DNA from: Candidatus Omnitrophota bacterium
Lineage (GTDB): Bacteria; Omnitrophota; Gorgyraeia; Gygaellales; Profunditerraquicolaceae
Length of the DNA stretch: 52,695 bases
Direction: 5' to 3'
NCBI GenBank assembly: GCA_041651115.1
Contig: JBAZJY010000003.1
Location: 139,829-192,523 of the forward strand
Part shown: piece after piece, positions 9,045-18,385 of the stretch
Layout of the letters: every line of letters begins with the position of its first letter
How positions within the stretch are numbered: position 1 is the stretch's first letter
Program-made: the position numbers and the translations under genes
Notes under the pieces: model-generated
Databases searched by the model: none
What the model saw: only the letters and a program-made list of their open reading frames with translations
Told to the model about the DNA's origin: nothing

Positions 9045-10394
9045 CTAAACAGGGATTTCAACGTGGGCATGAATCAGCCACTTACGGGAAAAATAACGGC
9101 CGGTGATAAAAATTGCCTGAAACGATATGGAAATATTCATTGCCCACCATACTGCTGCCGGGCCAATGCCAAAATGCAAGGCAAGGATATAGCTTAACGG
9201 CACGCGCACCAGCCACACGCATAAGGCGACGATCACCATCACGCTTTTTGTGTCTCCTGCGCCGTTCAGGCCGCCGGCAAGGATCACCGACCACGCCATT
9301 ACCGGCTCAAAAAGCAAGGCAATATAAATATATCTGACGCATTCATTAATCACGAGTTCGTTATTTGAAAGCAGGCCGGCGATATTGCGGGCATTGAACA
9401 TTACTGCCACCGTCATAATGGTAACCAGCGTAAGTCCCAATAACGCGGTAACTATGCCTGCCCAGAAAGCATCTTCCTTGTTTTTCTTGCCGAGGAGATT
9501 ACCGACGACAACTGCCGCTGCCATGTTAAAGGCAAACGCGGGCAGGAAGATTGCCGCCTCAATGCGCAGGCCGTTGGTAAACGCAGCCAGCGTTTCCACG
9601 TTATTCACCGGCAAAGCGCTGATGATCAAAAAAAGCGCCAAAGCTGCCAACTGCCATAAAATTTGCAGCATGCCCGCAGGCCAGCCAATAGAAACGATCT
9701 TTTTGGTCACCGGCAGGGAAAATTTTAAACGGTGGAGCATTATGCGCTTAAGAAAGACCAAATTCAGGATGCAGCCGATGCCTGTGCTGATGATCGTAGC
9801 CACGACAATCCCCTGAAACCTGAGGGTTGTGCCGAAAGACAACGTAAAATTAAGCCAGATATTCAGCAGACAGACGATGACCATTGTCCAAAGGGATTTT
9901 TTGATCATGCCGCAGGCGCGCAAGATCCCGTTGGTATTGACAAGGATATAGCTGAAGACCAGCCCCAGAGAATAAAACCGCATTAATGACAGCGCCGGCC
10001 CCTTAAGCGCAGCCGGAACGTCAAACGCCCTGACCAGGCCGGAAGAAAAAATAAGCGCAAGCAAACTTAAGGCTATGCCGGAAAGCGTGGAACTGATCAA
10101 TGAAGAATCCACGGCAGTATGCAGGCTCTCTTGATGATGCGAAGTATGCAGCCGGCTGACTACAGAAACCGCGCCCGTAGTCAGCGCAAATCCGATGATG
10201 CCGAAAACAAAATACAGCTGCGAAGCAAAACCGTAAGCCGCCTGGACCTCTTTTCCGAATAAACCGGCGACATAGACGTCGGCAAGCCCGATCAGGAACA
10301 TAAAGAACATGATCAGGGTCATCGGCCAGCTGATTGACCAGCTTGATACGATAAGATGCTTAATATTTTTATTTTGCGCTAAATTCCGCAGCAT
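9045..10394 (-). CDS. MATE-family efflux transporter
   Basis: 449 aa with about 12 TM helices. The N-terminal SWPMTL..F.F..GLADVYVAG pattern is typical of MATE. Confidence 0.8.
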   Translation of the reverse strand: MLRNLAQNKNIKHLIVSSWSISWPMTLIMFFMFLIGLADVYVAGLFGKEVQAAYGFASQLYFVFGIIGFALTTGAVSVVSRLHTSHHQESLHTAVDSSLISSTLSGIALSLLALIFSSGLVRAFDVPAALKGPALSLMRFYSLGLVFSYILVNTNGILRACGMIKKSLWTMVIVCLLNIWLNFTLSFGTTLRFQGIVVATIISTGIGCILNLVFLKRIMLHRLKFSLPVTKKIVSIGWPAGMLQILWQLAALALFLIISALPVNNVETLAAFTNGLRIEAAIFLPAFAFNMAAAVVVGNLLGKKNKEDAFWAGIVTALLGLTLVTIMTVAVMFNARNIAGLLSNNELVINECVRYIYIALLFEPVMAWSVILAGGLNGAGDTKSVMVIVALCVWLVRVPLSYILALHFGIGPAAVWWAMNISISFQAIFITGRYFSRKWLIHAHVEIPV

Positions 10395-10403
10395 ACGCTC
10401 TTT

Positions 10404-11288
10404 CTATTTTACCGGCAGGAGGGTATATTTATTGATCATTGCGCAGGGATGATATGAAAGCTTTGTCTTGCGTAAACCGTCAATGCCGAGGTCCTGCTCC
10501 AGGTTTACATAGCGGAACATGCCTGCTTCGCGGATCAGAAATTCATGCAGCATCGCCTGATACAACCCGGGGATATCGCTGACTGCCTTAAGCGCGTGGA
10601 GCACCAACGTATCGGGGTTAAGCGCTTCGGCAATAGCAAGGCCGCGAATAGCGCCTTTTATTTTTATCGCCCCGGCAATAAGGAAAAAAGCGGAAAAATT
10701 ACCGATCATATCCTTAATCGCGTGCCTCTCATTATTTAATCCCTCCACGTGGTCGCAATCCCTGATCGCGCACCATGCCTCTTCAAACTCCAGGCAGAAC
10801 TGCGCGTTAGCCGCGTCAAGCCGGATATATTCGTAAACGTTTTGCGCCCTGAATTTTTTGATCAGGTTGCGCTTACCGTCATATTTTCTCCCCGCAAGAG
10901 AGATCAAATCAAGACTGTTGTATAAATAATCGGCGTTATCCGGGTCAGGTTCGGCAACAAAACGGCTGTCATTATCAAACAGGGACTTGGTTTGTTCCGG
11001 CAGCCGGATAAAGACCCCGGCGCCATCGCCCATTACCTTCTCTATAGCGGATTTTATATTACCTTTGCCGATGGGATTTAAAAAACGCTTCGTTTCTTCC
11101 GCTCCCGAGCAAACAATAAGCATGCCGTCAAGCAGCGAAACGGAAAATTTATAAGCGTTGCGCCAGGCATAAAGATTGGTAAAAGTGAATTCCGAGATCA
11201 GCGGAGGGCTTTCCTTGAATGCCTTGATAAAATCCGGGCGGTCGGCAAGTTCTATAGGCTGGCTTTCCGGATACGGCCTGATACCCAT
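10404..11288 (-). CDS. DUF2156 protein (phosphatidylglycerol lysyltransferase C-terminal-like domain)
   Basis: 294 aa. The segments SEFTFTNLYAWRNAYKF and GRKYDGKRNLIKKF match my memory of this family. No membrane domain. Confidence 0.6.
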   Translation of the reverse strand: MGIRPYPESQPIELADRPDFIKAFKESPPLISEFTFTNLYAWRNAYKFSVSLLDGMLIVCSGAEETKRFLNPIGKGNIKSAIEKVMGDGAGVFIRLPEQTKSLFDNDSRFVAEPDPDNADYLYNSLDLISLAGRKYDGKRNLIKKFRAQNVYEYIRLDAANAQFCLEFEEAWCAIRDCDHVEGLNNERHAIKDMIGNFSAFFLIAGAIKIKGAIRGLAIAEALNPDTLVLHALKAVSDIPGLYQAMLHEFLIREAGMFRYVNLEQDLGIDGLRKTKLSYHPCAMINKYTLLPVK

Positions 11289-11292
11289 TTAC

Positions 11293-11871
11293 TTAGTAAT
11301 TTTCGTTTAAAACCTCATAGAATGCCTGAGGATGCTTACAGGCAGGGCATTCTTTCGGCGCTTCTGCCCCTTCAATAACATAGCCGCAGTTAATGCAATG
11401 CCATTTTACCGGTGTTTTCTTCTTAAATACCTCGCCGGTAGCGATGTTGCTGACCAGCTTTCTATATCTTGCTTCATGGACTTTCTCAACCTTGGCGATC
11501 TGCTCAAAAGAGCGCGCTACGTCGGGAAAACCTTCTTCGTTGGCAATCTTGGCAAAATTTGAATAAAGCGTAGTCCACTCAAGCTGTTCTCCGGCTGCTG
11601 CCGCTTCAAGATTGCTTTTCGTATCCTTTATCATTCCCGCAGGATAAGAGGCGGTGATTTCTACGTCTCCTCCCTCAAGATGCTTAAAGAATACCTTGGC
11701 ATGCTCTTTTTCGTTTTCTGCCGTCTCAATGAAGATATTGGAGATCTGCTCATACCCTTCCTTTTTGGCAGCGCTGGCAAAATAGGTGTACCGGTTCCTT
11801 GCCTGGGATTCTCCGGCAAACGCCGCTAAAAGATTTTTCTCTGTCTTCGTCCCTCTGATTGAATTGGCCAT
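11293..11871 (-). CDS. rbr: Rubrerythrin
   Basis: 192 aa. N-terminal diiron four-helix domain (KTEKNLLAAFAGESQARNRY, EKEHAKVF, EKVHEARY). C-terminal rubredoxin CINCG...CPACK. Confidence 0.9.
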   Translation of the reverse strand: MANSIRGTKTEKNLLAAFAGESQARNRYTYFASAAKKEGYEQISNIFIETAENEKEHAKVFFKHLEGGDVEITASYPAGMIKDTKSNLEAAAAGEQLEWTTLYSNFAKIANEEGFPDVARSFEQIAKVEKVHEARYRKLVSNIATGEVFKKKTPVKWHCINCGYVIEGAEAPKECPACKHPQAFYEVLNENY

Positions 11872-11898
11872 TTTACTTCCTCCTTTTTTATTGCTTTT

Positions 11899-11926
11899 AT
11901 TATATTCATAATACCGCCGTTAGCAA
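11899..11926 (-). promoter_or_regulatory. Candidate promoter of rbr with an overlapping inverted repeat
   Basis: On the minus strand: TTGCTA (11921-11926), a 16-nt spacer, then TATAAT (11899-11904). The 6-4-6 palindrome tattat-attc-ataata (11898-11913) covers the -10. Confidence 0.45.
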
Positions 11927-11931
11927 GAGAT

Positions 11932-13116
11932 TTATGCGCTGGCTGCCCGGCGGATAGAAGCGCTGCCGAACTTTTGGCGGATCTTATCCACTACCTTATG
12001 CACCTCTTCTTTTTTTACGTCTGCTTTATCCACAAACAGGTATTTTTCATCTGCCGCGGAAAGATTTGACGCCCTTACTCCGACCAGCCTTACCTTACGG
12101 CCGTGAGCCGGAAAATCCTCAAAAAGCTTCCGGATCGCCCTGATCAGGGCTTCTGAAAAATTTGTCGGCTCTCCTATTGTTACGGCCCGCGTATAAGTCT
12201 GGAAACCTTCCAGCCTGACCTTTAAAGTAATGGTCCGGCATTTAAAGTTTGCCTCGCGCAGCCTGCCGGATACCTGCTCGCATAAAGACGCCAGTTCAGC
12301 CATTATCCGGTCATTATCAGCCGTATCCTTTTCAAAAGTCATTTCATTACTGACGGACTTTGCTTCTCTTTCCGTCTCAACCTCGCTTTCATCTATACCC
12401 TGCGCCATTTCCCAGAACCATTCGCCGTTCCTGCCGAACATCGCGCTCAAATCTTTTTTGCTTTTTTTAGCAAGGTCACCTATTTTCCAAATGCCCGCCT
12501 GGTTCAGAAGGTCTTTTGTTTTGCTGCCTACTCCCCAGAGCGCGCCAATGTCCAGCGGCCAGAGAAAATCAAGCAGGTTCTCTCTTTTTACCTCAACCAA
12601 GCCGTCGGGCTTTTTCAAGCCCGAGGCGATCTTGGCAGCCATCTTTGTCGGCGCAAGGCCGATTGACGCAGTCAGGCCGGTTTCTTTTTTTATGCGCTCT
12701 TTTATTGCGCTGCAAGCCTCTAAAGGCGTGCCAAACAGCCGATAAGTCGGGCTGATATCAAGGAACGCCTCATCAATACTCACTCCTTCTACTAACGGAC
12801 TGAATTGCCGGAAGATGCTGAATATTTTATCCGACGCTGCGCTGTATTTTTCCATATCAACGGGAAGGAATACCGCTTGAGGGCATTTACGAAAAGCAAT
12901 AGAGATCGGCATTGCCGAATGGATGCCGAATTTCCTGGCTTCATAAGAACAAGTGGAAACTACGCCGCGGCCCTTGCCTGCCTTGGGGTCTGCGCCGACA
13001 ACTACCGGCTTTCCCCGGTAAGCAGGATTATCCCGCTGTTCTACCGCGGCGAAGAACGCGTCCATGTCAACATGGACTATATAACGGCTTTCCTTTACCA
13101 ACGTCCCTGCTTTCAC
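11932..13116 (-). CDS. dinB: DNA polymerase IV (Y-family)
   Basis: 394 aa. N-terminal VHVDMDAFFAAVEQRDNP..GKPVVVG. GTG start at 13116; a TTG five codons downstream is also possible. Confidence 0.9.
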   Translation of the reverse strand: MKAGTLVKESRYIVHVDMDAFFAAVEQRDNPAYRGKPVVVGADPKAGKGRGVVSTCSYEARKFGIHSAMPISIAFRKCPQAVFLPVDMEKYSAASDKIFSIFRQFSPLVEGVSIDEAFLDISPTYRLFGTPLEACSAIKERIKKETGLTASIGLAPTKMAAKIASGLKKPDGLVEVKRENLLDFLWPLDIGALWGVGSKTKDLLNQAGIWKIGDLAKKSKKDLSAMFGRNGEWFWEMAQGIDESEVETEREAKSVSNEMTFEKDTADNDRIMAELASLCEQVSGRLREANFKCRTITLKVRLEGFQTYTRAVTIGEPTNFSEALIRAIRKLFEDFPAHGRKVRLVGVRASNLSAADEKYLFVDKADVKKEEVHKVVDKIRQKFGSASIRRAASA

Positions 13117-13989
13117 TCATGTCTTTTGCGCTGGCCGGGCAGGTATAGGCAAAATATCTTCGTAAACGTCAAAAATATCCTCCTGCTCCATATGCAGGAA
13201 ATGCCCCGCGCCCTTGACAACCCTGACCTCGCATTGGGGGATCTGGGAAGCAAGGAATTTAACGTCTTCCAGGTCAATAATCGTGTCTTTTTCTCCGTAG
13301 ATCAAAAATGTTTTTGCCTTGATATTCGCAAGATTGATCAGGTCGCCTAATTTTTTCGTTGATATTACGAACAACCCGTGCTCATAGAATGCGCGCAGAT
13401 TTTCTTCACTCATGGCATGGAACTGGCTGACGATCTTATTCTTGATGTTTTCCGGAAGATTCTTACCGAAGCTTTCAATCAGGATATCAGCCATTTTCTG
13501 CCTGTTTTGCGGGTCTATTTTAAAACCTTCTTTAATGGTTTTAACCATCTGGTCATTGGCTTTTGTCCCGAGGCTGGCTAAGCATAATTGTTTTGCTTCA
13601 TTATGATGCCGCGAAGCAAAGGCCATGGCAATGATCCCTCCCCACGAAGCAGAACAGATCGTGACATTCCGATTTATGCCCGTAGACCTGATCACCTCGC
13701 GCAAAATATCCACCTGTTCATCCAGGGTAACAAAGGTCGGGCCGGAAACAACCTTGCCCTTGCCCTGATTGGGAAAATCAAAAAGCACGACGCGATAATG
13801 CGGGGCATAACGCAGGACAAAAGTATGCCACATGGCCATGGATTGCTGCACGCCATTAAGACAGATAATATGCGGCCCTTCATTTTCATATATCCGATAG
13901 GGGATCGTGAACCTGCCGAATTCAATCGTCCCTTTGACGATTGCCGAGCCGTGGCGTATATACTTAGAATGATTGGGCGCACTAGACAT
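13117..13989 (-). CDS. Alpha/beta hydrolase, RhlA/PhaG-like
   Basis: 290 aa. Nucleophile-elbow variant CSASWGG and C-terminal GAGHFLH. Several blocks (VVLFDFP, SASWGGI, GKNLP, GHFL) resemble RhlA/PhaG as I recall them. No alignment was run. Confidence 0.6.
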   Translation of the reverse strand: MSSAPNHSKYIRHGSAIVKGTIEFGRFTIPYRIYENEGPHIICLNGVQQSMAMWHTFVLRYAPHYRVVLFDFPNQGKGKVVSGPTFVTLDEQVDILREVIRSTGINRNVTICSASWGGIIAMAFASRHHNEAKQLCLASLGTKANDQMVKTIKEGFKIDPQNRQKMADILIESFGKNLPENIKNKIVSQFHAMSEENLRAFYEHGLFVISTKKLGDLINLANIKAKTFLIYGEKDTIIDLEDVKFLASQIPQCEVRVVKGAGHFLHMEQEDIFDVYEDILPIPARPAQKT

Positions 13990-15653
13990 TATTTCTCCGG
14001 TAATGTAAAATAAAATGTGGTTCCTTTGCCCACTTCGCTCTCTACCCAGATCTTTCCGCCGTGCGCTTCTACTGCCATTTTACAAAAAGTAAGGCCCAGC
14101 CCTTTACCGGTTCTTCCCTTTACCTGCGCCTGGGCTGACTCTACTTGCGCGAATTTATCGAACACGCGCGACAAATATTCTTTAGGTATGCCTGCTCCCT
14201 GATCTTTTACGCTCAAGACAAATTGCCTGCCATCATTATCGTGGCTGGCCTGCACGCTTATCGTGGTCCCGGTATCCGTGAATTTAAGCGCGTTACCGAT
14301 CAGGTTAGAGATAATTCTTTTTAAGATCTCCCGGTCAGCTTGAAGCTTAAGTTCCGGAGCCGCGTCAAAAGTAATGGTTTTTTGTTCCTGCCGGGCAATA
14401 ACATTCATCGCATTGGAGATCTCTGCGAACAAAGCGCTCAAGCCTACTTCCTCATAATGCAATGTGAGCTTACCTTCTTCCATTTTATCGATATCCAAAA
14501 GATTAGAGACCATCCTTTGCATTTCCTGCGCGCTGTAAATTATCCAATAAAGGGTTTTTTTATATTCTTCGGAAGAAAGTTTATCCGCGCCGATCTGCAG
14601 TATCTGGGCATTACCCAATACCCCTGCGAGCGGATTATTCAGGTCATGCACGATCATCTGGGTCAAAGAGGTTTTCATCTGCTTGAGGCGGAAAAAATCG
14701 TAGATCAGACGCGCGATATCGCCGAATTCAGTTTTTTTATCTTTTAGCCGCTGGAGATATTTCAGATCCTCGGCCATTAATGACATGGAGATAGAACGTA
14801 AAGGCAGAAATACCCATCCGATAATCACCGATACGATCAAACCGAGTAAGCCGCCGGCAAAGGCCAAAAGAAGCAAAAGGTATTTTCTGGATGCCGCATT
14901 GAATTCCCTGATCTCCTCGGATACTTTTGAAACGATCAGCTGCCGAAGCGGTTTACCCTGCCAATCATCAAGGCTGTGTGAAAAAGTAATAACCCCGTTT
15001 CTAAAGTCTATACGGGACCCCGTTGCATCATTAGCCCACGGACGTAAATTTACCGCGGCCTCCGTCATTTCCGAAACCTCGTTAATGTAACTATCATCCC
15101 ATAAGCGTCCGGCAAAAAAGTATCCTTGCGGCTCGGTCTTCCTGCCCGGATCATTGCTGGGATGAACAGTAGCGGCGCGCAGCTCCAACAAGCCGGCAGG
15201 CGTCTCAAGAAAAAAATGGGCAAACCGCTGTTGAAATAACGCGTCAAAGACCGCGGGCGGAAAATTTATCCCGGCGTCGCCGTCTTTTAAATTACTGATA
15301 GAATAATACGGCTGCCGGGCTGCGTTATAGATCCACATGCCGTTAATGTCAAAATTGGAAAGCGAACTTTGCGACAAAGAGGTGCCGGCCCAATTCTTAT
15401 CATCGTTGACCACGCCTGTCAGCATTTCGTCCCAATACGTGTAATCAAAAGTTATGGTCTCTAAAGATGCGCCCTCCAGCTTCAACAATTTGTCAAAGGC
15501 GCGCTCTTTTTCTTTAGCGCTATTTTGGAATAGCCGGGCGATCGCCTGCCTTTCCATAACCCTGAAGGAAATAAAAACCGTAAGGAATATGACGATCAGA
15601 AAGACCAGGAAATAGACCAGCCGCGTCTGTACTCTTATGCCATGATTTTTCAT
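13989..15653 (-). CDS. CHASE4-type sensor histidine kinase
   Basis: 554 aa. TM helix, then a periplasmic region with FDYTYWDEM, then a second TM. H-box VHDLNNPL, G1 DQGAGI, G2 GKGLGL. Paralog of 41406-43115. Confidence 0.8.
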   Translation of the reverse strand: MKNHGIRVQTRLVYFLVFLIVIFLTVFISFRVMERQAIARLFQNSAKEKERAFDKLLKLEGASLETITFDYTYWDEMLTGVVNDDKNWAGTSLSQSSLSNFDINGMWIYNAARQPYYSISNLKDGDAGINFPPAVFDALFQQRFAHFFLETPAGLLELRAATVHPSNDPGRKTEPQGYFFAGRLWDDSYINEVSEMTEAAVNLRPWANDATGSRIDFRNGVITFSHSLDDWQGKPLRQLIVSKVSEEIREFNAASRKYLLLLLAFAGGLLGLIVSVIIGWVFLPLRSISMSLMAEDLKYLQRLKDKKTEFGDIARLIYDFFRLKQMKTSLTQMIVHDLNNPLAGVLGNAQILQIGADKLSSEEYKKTLYWIIYSAQEMQRMVSNLLDIDKMEEGKLTLHYEEVGLSALFAEISNAMNVIARQEQKTITFDAAPELKLQADREILKRIISNLIGNALKFTDTGTTISVQASHDNDGRQFVLSVKDQGAGIPKEYLSRVFDKFAQVESAQAQVKGRTGKGLGLTFCKMAVEAHGGKIWVESEVGKGTTFYFTLPEK

Positions 15654-15671
15654 ATCCGGCCCTTCATTCGC

Positions 15672-16259
15672 TTATCTGCCGAGCCCTTCCATAACATTAC
15701 CCATGGACGGCATCTGATAAGAGAATTTTTCATATCCGGCAGGCACCTCAAACAATGAATCAGGCTGGCTGCCTGTATTTATGTTCTTATACTCTATGAC
15801 CCAGCTATTGTCAGCCGCAGCTATCTTAACCGGTATGGTTAACCCGCTGGCGATCCACTGATACATGGTTTCTCTATTTCCGTTCTGATTGTAAGTGATC
15901 TCATACTTTTCAGTCATCCTGCCGCCTATCGCCTCTTTCCCTACAAGCTTACGCTCAATCTCATTTTCTACTTTTTCCGTAGGGGCCATCGGCCTGCTGG
16001 TATCAATTTCCTGCTCCATATACATTTTATCTTTGGGCATAAGCATCCATACTACTTTTTTATCCATCCGGCTGATAGTAACGGCATCCGGAGCTTCCAT
16101 CCTTACTTTGTCTTTAGTAACGAATATCTTTCCTTGAAAAACCCCGTCTTTAGTCGTGCTGACCATTTCTGCGGAAAAATCTTCAGCCAAAGCCACGGCT
16201 GCCGAAAGAAGAACAACCGCGCTCATTACCGCAATCATCAATTTCATCCCGGTCTTCAT
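15672..16259 (-). CDS. Secreted LolA-like/DUF4412-like protein
   Basis: 195 aa. Signal peptide MKLMIAVMSAVVLLSAAVALA. Beta-rich mature part. The family call is tentative. Confidence 0.45.
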   Translation of the reverse strand: MKTGMKLMIAVMSAVVLLSAAVALAEDFSAEMVSTTKDGVFQGKIFVTKDKVRMEAPDAVTISRMDKKVVWMLMPKDKMYMEQEIDTSRPMAPTEKVENEIERKLVGKEAIGGRMTEKYEITYNQNGNRETMYQWIASGLTIPVKIAAADNSWVIEYKNINTGSQPDSLFEVPAGYEKFSYQMPSMGNVMEGLGR

Positions 16260-16978
16260 AAAGCACCTCCTGATAATTGCGCCTTAGCCAAATCTCGCAA
16301 CCGCACAAAATCACCCGGAAGGAAACCGGATGTGTCTATCGGAGCAAGTACTTTTATGGCGCAAGAGATCTTTGTCTTAAAAAGCCAGCTTCCTTTTGGA
16401 ATGGCGTTCTTTGTCCCTTCAATGATCACCGGCAGGATCGGAACTTTTTCTTTTATGGCCAGCTTAAACGCGCCGTTCTGAAAATCGCCGATCTCATGGT
16501 TATCGCTCCTGGTGCCTTCCGGAAAAAATACGACCGATATGCCTTTACGCAGCCACTCACCGGCTTCTCTATAAACCTTTTTAATACTGGAAAAATTCCC
16601 CCGCCGCAGCCGTATATGCCGGGCAAGCATCATGTTCCATCCGAGGACCGGGATCTTAAAAAGGCTCTCCTTCGCTACCCACTTAAACTGCATCTTTGTT
16701 TTATACATTAAAACAATATCGGCTAAGCTCTGGTGATTTGATACGACAACATATGTTTTATCCCGGTTGATGTTCTCAAGGCCGCTCACCTTTACGTCCC
16801 AGTAGGGATTTAAGGCGGTTACCGCGTCAGTCCACCAAAAACACTGCGCGTGCGCGACCCTGCGCTCTCTGTCAAAAGGATAGAGAATAATTGAAAAGAA
16901 CGCCATCACAAAAAATAATAAGACAGTCAAGGCGATCCCCACAACCCAGATGATCACCGAAAGAATCGCCTGCTTCAT
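16256..16978 (-). CDS. plsC: 1-acyl-sn-glycerol-3-phosphate acyltransferase
   Basis: 240 aa. N-terminal TM helix, HX4D motif NHQSLADI, and FPEGTRS. ATGA overlap with the downstream gene. Confidence 0.85.
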   Translation of the reverse strand: MKQAILSVIIWVVGIALTVLLFFVMAFFSIILYPFDRERRVAHAQCFWWTDAVTALNPYWDVKVSGLENINRDKTYVVVSNHQSLADIVLMYKTKMQFKWVAKESLFKIPVLGWNMMLARHIRLRRGNFSSIKKVYREAGEWLRKGISVVFFPEGTRSDNHEIGDFQNGAFKLAIKEKVPILPVIIEGTKNAIPKGSWLFKTKISCAIKVLAPIDTSGFLPGDFVRLRDLAKAQLSGGAL

Positions 16979-16982
16979 ATAT

Positions 16983-17336
16983 TTACCTGCTCCTTTTCCT
17001 TATCCTGTTTTTTGCTTTAGCCAGCGGGCATAATATCTTCGCAAAATAAGATAATTTCCCGTTTTCGTATGGAAATTCTTTGCAGTGGTGGGGCTTAAGC
17101 CCGTAATCAACCTTATGGATAGAACAGAGCCCTTTTTTCGTAAGGAAAGAGCACTTGTTATCCTCCCAGCTTGTACCGACCCGGTAACCTGAAGGGTATC
17201 CCTTATGCTTCTCAAGATGATAAAAATCCCCTTTTAAGCCGAGGGACAATATTTTTTTCGCTTCATCCAGATCTACCCATACCCCAAAATCACAACAGGT
17301 GCTTTGCTTCTTGCATTTCTTACAATCAATCTTCAT
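16983..17336 (-). CDS. YkgJ-family cysteine-cluster protein (UPF0153-like)
   Basis: 117 aa. N-terminal CKKCKKQSTCC cluster plus further conserved Cys residues. Confidence 0.5.
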   Translation of the reverse strand: MKIDCKKCKKQSTCCDFGVWVDLDEAKKILSLGLKGDFYHLEKHKGYPSGYRVGTSWEDNKCSFLTKKGLCSIHKVDYGLKPHHCKEFPYENGKLSYFAKILCPLAKAKNRIRKRSR

Positions 17337-17349
17337 CTTAGCTTTCTCC

Positions 17350-18354
17350 TTACCATCCCCAGCCAGCGCCCAGGAATACTGCTGATTCCTGCCGGGATTT
17401 GATCAATCGCAGGAATGCCTGGCCATTTCCCTTAAAAGCGGCGCGGGATAATTCAAGTTCCGCGCCGATACCCTTATCCAAACTATTCCTTAAATTAAAC
17501 AAGACCGTTGCTTTATCCGTCAGCTTTGCCTCCGCGCCAAAGGCAAATTCCTGGATCTTTTTACTGCCTTGCTCTACTGAAAATACCAACCCGGCGTTTT
17601 TATTGACCTGCCATTTACCGGAAAAAATTATCCTGCGCCTTACAGGCCTTACCCTTTGCGCCAGGCCGATGCCCAGCTCGTATTTTATATAATTATCCTT
17701 AAATATTCCAAGGCTGGTTTTAAAATCAAAGCTTGACCCGCTATTTTTATCCAGCACATATGATAACCGGGCTTTATCCCGGATATCCCAATGCCCCTGA
17801 AAAGCAATCGCCTGTATTCTTTTGCGTTTACGCAGCAAATCCTCTTTTTTATAACGGTAGATGAGCTTATAATTTTCATCTACCTGCCATGCTGCCTCAA
17901 AAGTCAAAAGATCATAGCTTGCGCGTTCTTTATTGGCCTTAAAAGTAAGCCGGTTGCGGATATCCGCCTGCCAGGAGCCGGAAAGCTCAAGGATATAAAC
18001 GGATTGCCTGCCGTCTTTTGCCCTGCTTGTAACCGCAAAAAGCAGGGAATTCTTCTGGCCGGCAATGATCTCCCCCTGAAGGGTAAGCTGATCCCCGAAT
18101 GTCTGTCTGCCCCATTTATCCAGGGTAAGGCGGAGCTGATGTTCTTCCGTCAAGGACCATGCGCCTTTTAATTTTACCTGGTGCGGCAGCTTTATGTCTG
18201 CAGGGATCGGGCTTTTTATGTGGTAGGTTAGAGTATTGCCTGCGGCAATGCTGAATCGCCCCTCTAAAACCCTTCTAAACTTCTCCAGGCCTGTCCTTGA
18301 AACTACCAGCCGGTTATGCGGATCTACTTCATACCTGAGTTTTCCTGTTGCCAT
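17350..18354 (-). CDS. Hypothetical beta-hairpin-repeat protein
   Basis: 334 aa with no signal peptide. About 8-9 copies of a roughly 40-aa unit h-x-G-x-W-x-h-x5-L-x-F/Y. Ends in GAGWGW. Confidence 0.6.
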   Translation of the reverse strand: MATGKLRYEVDPHNRLVVSRTGLEKFRRVLEGRFSIAAGNTLTYHIKSPIPADIKLPHQVKLKGAWSLTEEHQLRLTLDKWGRQTFGDQLTLQGEIIAGQKNSLLFAVTSRAKDGRQSVYILELSGSWQADIRNRLTFKANKERASYDLLTFEAAWQVDENYKLIYRYKKEDLLRKRKRIQAIAFQGHWDIRDKARLSYVLDKNSGSSFDFKTSLGIFKDNYIKYELGIGLAQRVRPVRRRIIFSGKWQVNKNAGLVFSVEQGSKKIQEFAFGAEAKLTDKATVLFNLRNSLDKGIGAELELSRAAFKGNGQAFLRLIKSRQESAVFLGAGWGW

Positions 18355-18385
18355 CAGGCCATTTTACATCTAAAACGCGGCTTTT

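Noticed and set aside
15672-16259. Shared N-terminus MKTGMK between the LolA-like protein and the permease at 38178-39563, considered as a possible repeat or duplication.
   Set aside because: The nucleotide sequences differ and similarity does not extend beyond six residues. This is coincidence.
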